Shown piece by piece: positions 9,559-17,079 of a stretch of 34,774 nt of DNA (position 1 is its first letter; the number at the start of each line of letters is the position of its first letter). The position numbers and the translations under genes are program-made. The DNA is taken from the IMG/VR virus record IMGVR_UViG_3300010269_000155; one strand, given 5' to 3'. Source of the DNA: a virus. The notes beneath the pieces are model-generated. The model made no database searches. It saw only the letters and a program-made list of their open reading frames with translations, and was not told where the DNA came from.

Positions 9559-9728
9559 CAATCGGAGCGGCACCAGTTTGTTTGGAATGTAAACATTTAA
9601 TTGAAGATCTGGGTCCTATGCGATGCAAGGCATTTCCTGATGGCATTCCTGATGAGATCTGGAGAGGCAACAATGACCATAAGAAACCTTATCCTGGAGA
9701 TCATGGGATACAGTTCGAACACGTATGA
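9555..9728 (+). CDS. Cys/His mini-protein paralog 1 (57 aa), candidate cognate immunity protein
   Basis: [57 protein letters not shown]; ATGA overlap with the MuF stop; missed by the ORF track. Confidence 0.85.
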   Translation: MTIGAAPVCLECKHLIEDLGPMRCKAFPDGIPDEIWRGNNDHKKPYPGDHGIQFEHV

Positions 9729-9898
9729 CTATTGGACCCAGACCTGTATGTTTAGATTGCAAACATTTTATACACTAGAAGGGCTCGTTCAGGTGTGCCG
9801 CTTTCCCTGATGGTATCCCGGAAGAAATAGAGATGGGTGAGAACGACCACAAGAAGCCTTATCCTGGGGATCATGGAATTCAATTCGAGCACGTTTAA
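9725..9898 (+). CDS. Paralog 2 (57 codons) with in-frame TAG at 9776-9778 (pyrrolysine read-through or pseudogene)
   Basis: [56 protein letters not shown]; same length as paralogs 1 and 4. Confidence 0.75.
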
Positions 9899-9958
9899 AG
9901 GATGACTCAAGAAGCCATTAAGTCTTTAGCTTAGTGGCAGTTCGCCGAAGGAAGAAAC

Positions 9959-10171
9959 ATGACATGTATTGACGACCGGGAATTAGACAAAGTAACTTAC
10001 AGTTCGATCTGTCTTCCGTGCAAACATTTTCAGAGAGAAGCTTATTCTGAAACCGGTAAAAAGACATGTGATGCTTTTCCTGATGGTATTCCTGATGAGA
10101 TCTGGAGAGGCAACAATGACCATAAGAAACCGTACCCCGGAGATCATTGGATACAGTTCGAGCACTTATGA
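9959..10171 (+). CDS. Paralog 3 (70 aa, long form)
   Basis: CLPCKH...CDAFPDGIP...[18 protein letters not shown]. Confidence 0.85.
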   Translation: MTCIDDRELDKVTYSSICLPCKHFQREAYSETGKKTCDAFPDGIPDEIWRGNNDHKKPYPGDHWIQFEHL

Positions 10172-10341
10172 CTATTGGACCCAGACCTATCTGTTTTGAA
10201 TGCAAACATTTTATAGATGAAGAGGGACCTATGAGATGTGAAGCCTTTCCGGATGGCATCCCTGAAGATATCGTATTAGGAGATAACGATCATAAAAAGC
10301 CTTATCCTAGAGATAATGGAATCCAATTTGAGCATTTATGA
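10168..10341 (+). CDS. Paralog 4 (57 aa)
   Basis: ATGA overlap at 10168; MTIGPRPICFECKH...CEAFPDGIP...NDHKKPYP...IQFEHL. Confidence 0.85.
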   Translation: MTIGPRPICFECKHFIDEEGPMRCEAFPDGIPEDIVLGDNDHKKPYPRDNGIQFEHL

Positions 10342-10444
10342 CTACTTTCCTCTTTTTAATGAGGAGTATCTATTTTCGCATTTTATGAAACCTTATCTCA
10401 AAAGACCACGGTTTTAACTATATACAGATGGAGTAGTAAGCACG

Positions 10445-10657
10445 GTGGGAGAAAAATTCGTTTTGGATGACTCATCTGATGCAGAAATCATCTATAGCCC
10501 AATCTGCTCATATTGCAAACACTTCTATTGGAAAGGCAGAGGGATTCACGAATGTAATGCTTTTCCTGACGGCATCCCAGATGATATATGGAGAGGCGAC
10601 AACGATCACAAGAAGCCTTACCCTGGAGATCACATGATTCAATTTGAACACGTTTAA
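10445..10657 (+). CDS. Paralog 5 (70 aa, long form)
   Basis: GTG start after GGAG; CSYCKH...CNAFPDGIP...[18 protein letters not shown]. Confidence 0.85.
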   Translation: MGEKFVLDDSSDAEIIYSPICSYCKHFYWKGRGIHECNAFPDGIPDDIWRGDNDHKKPYPGDHMIQFEHV

Positions 10658-10961
10658 AAAAGCAAAATTTGTTTACTTACTTTCTTCTGCCATTCTGCTC
10701 TGTTTTATGTGGTGGACTTAGATATGAATTTCTAAGTTCTTCAGTGCAAATTTTTAAGGCTTTATCTATTTTTAAATCGGGAACTATCGTATTTTCTCAA
10801 CATATCTCGTATTTTCTCAATCCACTTTGGATAAAGAGCCATCTCTCGTTCACGTCTTTTACTTACCAAGAGCACCACGCATAGTATAATGACTTATCAT
10901 CTTATAAAAAAACTTATTACTACAGGGCTACCTTTGGTGTAATTCTTCTGTTTTTGAGCTG

Positions 10962-10984
10962 AAAAAAGGAAAAAAGAGAAAAAA
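10962..10984 (-). terminator. Oligo-U terminator for the minus-strand operon
   Basis: A-tracts on the + strand (U-tracts on -) about 20-45 nt after the stop at 11007, typical of archaeal intrinsic terminators. Confidence 0.5.
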
Positions 10985-11006
10985 GCTTTGCTGGGAATGC
11001 CTCTTT

Positions 11007-11846
11007 TTAATACGTTATCTTATTGTTTCTTGTTATAGCACTTGGTGCATCAATTCCCGGCTTCGCACATTTCTCAATTATGTTGTCCTCTATGATTACA
11101 TTTGACATTTTTGCCTCTATTGCTCGAACTCCTGGATAAGGTAGGTCCTTGATAGAATTCCCATAAGCTCGGATATCCTTGAGTTCTCCCTGCAACTGCA
11201 GACCAGTATGGCCACCTCCGGAGGTGCTGCATTTGTTGTTAAGAAACTCCCCTTTTGTCACGTTATAGAAGCGGCAGCTGGAATTTGTTCGGTTGATGAA
11301 CGTGGAATTTCTAACAGAGATGCCGTCCACGTAATAAGCGTATATCCCATCATGCCCACATTTGTTGACAGTTATTCGGTCTATGTCAACACCATAACAG
11401 TTGTTAAGCAGGATGGCATCATTGCAACCGTTCTGGAAAACACAATCCTCGAGAGTCAAACCGTTACAGCCTATCAGGGTTGCCATGTTATAAAGCGAAG
11501 TTCCGAGCCTGACGTCAGGATAATAATCACTCTGACTACCATCGACAGTGAAGTTCTTCAGGACCACATTGTTTGCGGAGTTTCCAGCGATCATCAGCAT
11601 AGCCTTTTCTTCTTTGATAGGACATCCACGGTAACCCCAGGCAGGCAGCCCTTTTGCGAGCTTTATTGTTGCACCATTTCCATCGAAGATGGTATGGCTA
11701 CGGAACAGGAGAGAATCTTCTATTGTGTAGATGACATCCGGATCCAGGATTATCGTCCCACCATGAGCAAGAGCTTGATTGATTGCTTCTGACGTGGTCC
11801 CACGATATGTCCTGAGCTTTCCATCTGCGCCGATAGCTTCAATCGT
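11007..11846 (-). CDS. Right-handed beta-helix (pectate-lyase-like, disaggregatase-related) protein; true 5' end is an ACG start at 11846 or read-through of TAG 11850
   Basis: Frame is open for 83 codons upstream of ATG 11600 and encodes a typical beta-helix cap (AINQALAHGGTIILDPDVIYTI...DGNGATIKL); GHDG and RTNS motifs. Confidence 0.7.
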   Translation of the reverse strand, partial: TIEAIGADGKLRTYRGTTSEAINQALAHGGTIILDPDVIYTIEDSLLFRSHTIFDGNGATIKLAKGLPAWGYRGCPIKEEKAMLMIAGNSANNVVLKNFTVDGSQSDYYPDVRLGTSLYNMATLIGCNGLTLEDCVFQNGCNDAILLNNCYGVDIDRITVNKCGHDGIYAYYVDGISVRNSTFINRTNSSCRFYNVTKGEFLNNKCSTSGGGHTGLQLQGELKDIRAYGNSIKDLPYPGVRAIEAKMSNVIIEDNIIEKCAKPGIDAPSAITRNNKITY

Positions 11847-11849
11847 GTT

Positions 11850-12431
11850 CTATCGCTTCAGTTTGACGTATATTTCAATACCTTCTGCCCGCTCCTTGAT
11901 CTTCTCGGATATCTCTTCGGCTTCTGACTCAGAGACACATGGAATTACCAGGTAGGCTGCATCGTCCGGCTGAGTAGGGATCTCGGGTGTTTCAGGCTCC
12001 GGTTCGGTTGGCTTTTCAGGCTCCACAGGCTGTTCTGGTTCAGGCTCAGGATCGACATAAGAATAAGTGTATGCCACGTTCATCATTCGGGATCTGGGTG
12101 TCCCAGAGGTTTTCAGATACCATCTGATGATAACAGGCTTTCCAACTCCGGCAACAAAATCTACTGCCTTGAGCTGCTCTTCATATTTTGTATTCTTTGT
12201 TGTGAATGTTGCCAGTTGTTCCTGCTTCCCATCGACTTCTATAGTAACTATGCATGTGCCTTCAATGCCTGAAGCCGAAACCTGAAATAACATGGAAAGC
12301 TTTTCAATCTTGATCCTCTTACCTTCCTGTGCTGGAATCGTTTCTTTTTTCTGCATTTCCCTTTCTGTCGAAAAATCGATTTCGGTGTAGATGGTCGAAT
12401 ATACTTTTTTTGTATCCTCAATGGTAGGCAT
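11850..12431 (-). CDS. Hypothetical protein: beta-rich domain, Pro/Glu linker, short C-terminal module
   Basis: PEPEPEQPVEPEKPTEPEPE linker; ATG 2 nt after the upstream stop with AGGAG RBS. Confidence 0.75.
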   Translation of the reverse strand: MPTIEDTKKVYSTIYTEIDFSTEREMQKKETIPAQEGKRIKIEKLSMLFQVSASGIEGTCIVTIEVDGKQEQLATFTTKNTKYEEQLKAVDFVAGVGKPVIIRWYLKTSGTPRSRMMNVAYTYSYVDPEPEPEQPVEPEKPTEPEPETPEIPTQPDDAAYLVIPCVSESEAEEISEKIKERAEGIEIYVKLKR

Positions 12432-12433
12432 GG

Positions 12434-13714
12434 TTATTTTCTCCTAAAAATCTGTTTTTCTGGTAATGAATTTCGAATAGCAGTAACCTGTTCAGAACTA
12501 CAAGAAATAAACAAGAAAGCTGGTCTTTCAGCTGGCTCTTCTTCTGGACCCTCAACTGTGCTGGATACATTTATTGCACCGTAGTAATCCCCAGATTCGT
12601 TATTCAGGAAAGTGTTCTCAGAAGCTTCAACGGTATAGTAATCCTTTCCAAGAACATTGGCAATTGCATATCCTGAAACTGCCCCTGGATAGAAGGCCTT
12701 CCTTGTATTGACAATTGAGTTCTTCCTGACTGTTGCTTTGCAGCCCTTCACCCCACCTTTCCCGATGTAGTTGTCAAAACTGACCGCATTTCCAGAGCAC
12801 CCATCAAAAATATTGTTCTCGATCAGAACATCCGTGAAACCATCAAAAACCATCCCACCTACTCCAGGGATCGTGTTCGCTGCTGGCATCATACCGCAGT
12901 TTCTGAATGTATTGTGATGGATGTACACTCCAGCTGCACCGCCCAGAGGCACGCTTGCTATACCCCAGACACCAGGTCCGTAAGTGTCCTGGACCAGGCA
13001 ATTCTTCATCTCGATATGCATGCATTTTGTCCCGTCCAGGATATTCTCAAGCTGCACAGGCGGAGCCCAGGCATTGTTCGTGAAGTCGTGGAACTGGCAG
13101 CTGTCAATCAGGACATTAGAAGAGGACCTTACCCGGACAGCATTGTTAGCCCGGATTTCAAAAGAACAGTTTTCAATCGTGGCTCCAGAACATTTGAAAA
13201 GGTGAATGAAGTCATGTCCCCCTTCTGCACCGGAGCAGTGGTCAAAGACAAGGTTTGAACCGCCGTTCAGCCTCCACCCATCCCCCTCATTCCGGTTCAC
13301 TTCCACATTCCGGAATACTGAGTTTGTGATATTTGAAAAGCCGAACAGGTTTCCATACCCTACTCCATGATCGTTCTGAGTGTTTCCCTGGTTTGCATAG
13401 TTCCCATCATAGACAAGGCCGTCAACTTCCAGGCCTGTAATCGAAGAGCCTTTCTGTCCTATGATAGGGACCTGTGCTCCAAAGTTAGGAGCGTTGTCCA
13501 TGAGCTTCCATGTCACTCCTTCCTCGAAAGTCATTTTTGTATTATCGTTCAAAAACAGCCGGGAGTTGAGGAGGTATTGTCCGGTATCGCCTTTCAAAAA
13601 ATGAACATGTGAGTACTGTAGCAGATCGCCGTTCACCGTTCCCGTTTTGTCAAGTGCCTTCTGTATGCCAGGGGAACTTGTTCCCTTAACCGGGGTTAGT
13701 ATGCAGGTTTCCAC
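12434..13714 (-). CDS. Right-handed beta-helix, disaggregatase-related polysaccharide depolymerase-like protein
   Basis: Repeating beta-helix turns; GHD, TYGPGVW, VYIHHNTF and IENNIFDG motifs as I recall them from Methanosarcina disaggregatase-related proteins; GTG start with GGTGG RBS. Confidence 0.75.
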   Translation of the reverse strand: METCILTPVKGTSSPGIQKALDKTGTVNGDLLQYSHVHFLKGDTGQYLLNSRLFLNDNTKMTFEEGVTWKLMDNAPNFGAQVPIIGQKGSSITGLEVDGLVYDGNYANQGNTQNDHGVGYGNLFGFSNITNSVFRNVEVNRNEGDGWRLNGGSNLVFDHCSGAEGGHDFIHLFKCSGATIENCSFEIRANNAVRVRSSSNVLIDSCQFHDFTNNAWAPPVQLENILDGTKCMHIEMKNCLVQDTYGPGVWGIASVPLGGAAGVYIHHNTFRNCGMMPAANTIPGVGGMVFDGFTDVLIENNIFDGCSGNAVSFDNYIGKGGVKGCKATVRKNSIVNTRKAFYPGAVSGYAIANVLGKDYYTVEASENTFLNNESGDYYGAINVSSTVEGPEEEPAERPAFLFISCSSEQVTAIRNSLPEKQIFRRK

Positions 13715-13739
13715 AAAACCACCGTTATGTTTTTACATT

Positions 13740-13754
13740 GTTAACGCTGTTAAC
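13740..13754 (-). promoter_or_regulatory. Conserved operator GTTAAC-AGC-GTTAAC, copy 3 (minus orientation)
   Basis: + strand reads GTTAACGCTGTTAAC, the exact reverse complement; 25 nt upstream of GTG 13714, after TTTATTAAA. Confidence 0.8.
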
Positions 13755-14216
13755 TTTAATAAATCATTTCTTCCTAAAGATCGCCACATTCACGAAAAAA
13801 GCCTGAACCTTCGGTGTTCGTCCTGAAGAATACAAAAACAGGTTGTGGGGATGATTCTCACCTGCGTAAAGAAGAATCAAAGGCAATGAAGGCAAAAATC
13901 ACTCTCTTTTTTACTTTCCTTTTTAGGAAAACAAATGTTCCGCGAACATCATATTAGTAATATTTCTTCTGAAATTTCTTTTTATAATTTGGCAATAAAA
14001 TATAACTGTGTGACACTTCTCTATGCTTTAGCAGTTTATCAGTGATCAAATACATCTTTTAATCATTAATTTTTGATAAAAATTGGCTAATTAAAATATA
14101 TATAATTATATTAGATAATATATAGGTAAAAAAATCTATATTTAGTATTTATAACTTAAATACATACTTAGACGAATTTAATTTTTATAAGATTATATTT
14201 TATATATATTTTTTGA

Positions 14217-14247
14217 ATATGAGTCAAGGCATATGCTCATATATAAA
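14217..14247 (+). promoter_or_regulatory. Inverted repeat ATATGAG-N12-CTCATAT overlapping a TATATAAA box, candidate promoter of the cargo gene
   Basis: Arms at 14217-14223 and 14236-14242; TATATAAA at 14240-14247. Confidence 0.4.
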
Positions 14248-14506
14248 TTTTTTAGCCAAATAATCGAAAGATAAAAAATTAAGAAATTTATTTCAATCAA
14301 AATAAATCTGAAAATTGTATTTTTTGACTATTTGGCCGAAAAACTTACAAAGGATGAGTAAATATGAATTTATGGAGTTCAAGAGTTTTCCAAGACCAAC
14401 TTAACTCCATAAAATATGCCAAAGAGGCATGATTAAGTTAGCTTTGCATATATTAAAGCTTACCTGATTCTGCCTCCTGGGTAAAATGCACAGGAGTGAG
14501 TAAATA

Positions 14507-15667
14507 ATGAAAGAATTTAGAACCGGAATTTTGCTTGTGACAATACTTTTGGCGAGTTTTGTTCTTGTACCAGCTACGAGTGCGGCTGCCGAGGATGCAA
14601 GTGTAAACAATCTCTCTGATAGTGAGGTTGAAACTTACGGCATCGATGGGCTAACTCCTCAACAGGTTAAAGAAATAGAAGCTGAAATCAGCCGTATAAG
14701 GGACATGCCAGATATTGTCAATAACTGCCCTTATATGCCTCTGCTTGTGGCCACTGACGAGCAAAAAGAGATTTTCTTAGGGTATATAGACAATTTATCA
14801 GTCTCGGACTCTGAGAAAAAGGAAATGAAAAAAGAATTGAAAGATATTTGGAGTCGTGTTCCAGACAAAATCACGGAAAAAGATTATCCAGTGATGGAAA
14901 AAATCGGAAAGGCAATAACCACACATGTTGAAGAGACATATTGGGCAGAAGATCAAAGTGTTAGATGGATGTCATATGCACACCGTAACTTAATTTCTGC
15001 CGGTGTCAATTTGGTTTATGGAAATCCTACTTGGGCAGGCTGGGCTTATGATACTGCTATGGATCCCGATACCTCCATTGATACAGGTTCAATCTATGTC
15101 CCTGTACCTACTCCGCTTGGTTTTGTGACGATTTCGCTTCCTAAAAAATGTTACTACCATTATTATAACCCAGATCTCAGTTTCGGAGGAGCTCCAGGGA
15201 AATGTTCTTCCTACGCAGCACAAGCAAAAACCTATTATGGGAATCAGGAATACCAAAATGCTTTTGAAACACTTGGAATAGCCAGCCACTACCTTTCAGA
15301 TGTAGCGCAGCCAATGCACTCGGGTGGAGAACTTGGGTCACTTGTGGATTATTTGCTAAATTGGGACGTTACTTACCATATCAGATACGAACAATATGTG
15401 AACAATAATTGGAACACTGGCCGTAATTTCGGTAGATGGGTTACTCGAAACACCAATGTAAATACTGTAACCGACCCCGCTGAAGCAGTAAGATCCATGG
15501 CAGCATATAGTAATCCTTACTCCTCTTTATTATGGGACGAAATTTATGCTCATCCAGACTTTGATGTACCGGGTCAAGATACGACATATATACAATACGT
15601 AACGATAATTATGAATCAGGAGGCAGCAAAGTATAATGCAGGTCTAGCAGAGTATATAAGTAGTTAA
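14507..15667 (+). CDS. Secreted zinc-dependent phospholipase C / S1-P1 nuclease superfamily protein
   Basis: Signal peptide; W154-x4-H159 (WMSYAH), HYYNP, HYLSDVAQPMH and HIRYE metal-ligand pattern. Confidence 0.75.
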   Translation: MKEFRTGILLVTILLASFVLVPATSAAAEDASVNNLSDSEVETYGIDGLTPQQVKEIEAEISRIRDMPDIVNNCPYMPLLVATDEQKEIFLGYIDNLSVSDSEKKEMKKELKDIWSRVPDKITEKDYPVMEKIGKAITTHVEETYWAEDQSVRWMSYAHRNLISAGVNLVYGNPTWAGWAYDTAMDPDTSIDTGSIYVPVPTPLGFVTISLPKKCYYHYYNPDLSFGGAPGKCSSYAAQAKTYYGNQEYQNAFETLGIASHYLSDVAQPMHSGGELGSLVDYLLNWDVTYHIRYEQYVNNNWNTGRNFGRWVTRNTNVNTVTDPAEAVRSMAAYSNPYSSLLWDEIYAHPDFDVPGQDTTYIQYVTIIMNQEAAKYNAGLAEYISS

Positions 15668-15949
15668 TAAAGCAGATTATGGAAACTGAAAACAAAGATG
15701 TCATTCGACTTATGAGCTGAAAAATCAGACATCAATACGTAGATAGGCTGCTTAGCTATAGGTTTAGCAACATCAGGCTCCTGCTCGACAAGAAGGAATG
15801 TTTTATTGTCCAGATATTTTTGGATCTGATTTTAATCTTATATTGATCACAATAGGCGCTCTATTGAAAAAAGTAAGCACAATACAGAACTCATAAAATA
15901 TTAGTGAAATAATTATTATATTTTATAAAAAATATAAGGTTGGATAAGC

Positions 15950-16849
15950 GTGACAAGAAAAAATCTATTGCTCATTCCTATCTTTTTTACCCTTTTGGTT
16001 ACAAGCGTACTATTTTTCTATGTTGTTTATGCCATAAACACGGGTACGTACCTTAACAGGGAGCCTGTTGAGAGATACTATTTTGAGTATGATATCAAAG
16101 TTACAGGACTTTCTGGAAAGGAAGTGGGTGGAACGACTGTGATAATGGTTCCTATCCCTGCATCTAAGGAAGGCAAATTTTTTACTCCCTTTACGCAGAA
16201 ACCTGATTTTATCCAGAGGTTTCTACTTAAAATCATGCACAAACCTGAACAAGATCGTATAGGTCCTTATTTTGAAAATATAAGTGAAACACTTGATAAT
16301 AAAGAAATAATGGGGAACTGGGTAACTTTCATTGCAGAAACCGACAAAGGTCACATGCTTGGATTCAGAACCAACGAGACAAGGCTCGAGGATATCTCGT
16401 ATGGTGGTTGTTTTGTTGCAGATTACTTTGATATTTTTGATCCTATAAACAATGGAAGTCCAATGTTGTTTCCTGTTGAAAATATGTCTGATGTTTATTC
16501 TACCCCTTATGGAGACTACACTAAGTATGCCTCAAATCCGAAATATAATACTTATATCTACTTAAGCGATAATCTAAAAGGAGGAGAAAATGTGTCTTTC
16601 TTTGTCTATTTGACTGCAAATAATGATCCATATGAATGGCCTGAAAAATACAGAGGTAGGTATAATAATCTGCTATTGGCGAAGGTTAATGACACAGGCT
16701 ATGTAAAAGTCAGGACTATTATGGGACAGGAAATACCATGGGGAAATGACAGTCTTGAAGTAATGAGTACTCAGTATTTTTCAGATTTTTATGCTGATGA
16801 AACATCTGACAATGTAAATGTAACTCCCAGCTACACAGTAGTTGCATGA
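15950..16849 (+). CDS. Membrane-anchored hypothetical protein (cargo)
   Basis: N-terminal TM segment (LLLIPIFFTLLVTSVLFFYVVYAI); AT-rich codon usage. Confidence 0.7.
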   Translation: MTRKNLLLIPIFFTLLVTSVLFFYVVYAINTGTYLNREPVERYYFEYDIKVTGLSGKEVGGTTVIMVPIPASKEGKFFTPFTQKPDFIQRFLLKIMHKPEQDRIGPYFENISETLDNKEIMGNWVTFIAETDKGHMLGFRTNETRLEDISYGGCFVADYFDIFDPINNGSPMLFPVENMSDVYSTPYGDYTKYASNPKYNTYIYLSDNLKGGENVSFFVYLTANNDPYEWPEKYRGRYNNLLLAKVNDTGYVKVRTIMGQEIPWGNDSLEVMSTQYFSDFYADETSDNVNVTPSYTVVA

Positions 16850-16973
16850 AGTCCTTAATTACGGGCATGTTTCTGTCATTCATTACAAACGGAAAAACGG
16901 CAGTGTTTGATTCCATAAAAAATTTATTGAAAAAAGAATAAATTAGCTGATAAATAGAACGAACAGATTCAGC

Positions 16974-17009
16974 TTTTCCTTTGCTTCTTGTAATTCCTTT
17001 TTTCTTTTT
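16974..17009 (+). terminator. U-rich terminator after the cargo genes
   Basis: Runs of T (cttttcctttg...ttccttttttcttttt) before the next promoter. Confidence 0.45.
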
Positions 17010-17056
17010 AGATCTTCCTACAATTATACAGTTTAATAATAGATATATTTATAATT

Positions 17057-17071
17057 GTTAACAGCGTTAAC
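17057..17071 (+). promoter_or_regulatory. Conserved operator GTTAAC-AGC-GTTAAC, copy 4
   Basis: Exact 15-mer after TTTATAATT, 8 nt before ATG 17080. Confidence 0.8.
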
Positions 17072-17079
17072 ATTGTAAA

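Noticed and set aside
9902-9961. ATG 9902 in frame with paralog 3 through a second TAG (9932-9934)
   Set aside because: The 19-codon extension has no counterpart in other paralogs and ATG 9959 has its own RBS-like AAGGA; probably chance, though worth checking if Pyl read-through is confirmed
9600-10657. Repeated DNA blocks resembling a CRISPR array
   Set aside because: Repeats are ~90 bp, imperfect, in-frame coding segments with synonymous variation and no uniform spacers; no cas genes
9555-10657. Diversity-generating retroelement template/variable repeats
   Set aside because: Differences between copies are not adenine-specific and no reverse transcriptase is present in the window; the same applies to the 29030-29940 repeats
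10669-10884. 71-aa Phe-rich ORF
   Set aside because: TTG start in a T-rich convergent terminator region; composition looks like translated non-coding DNA
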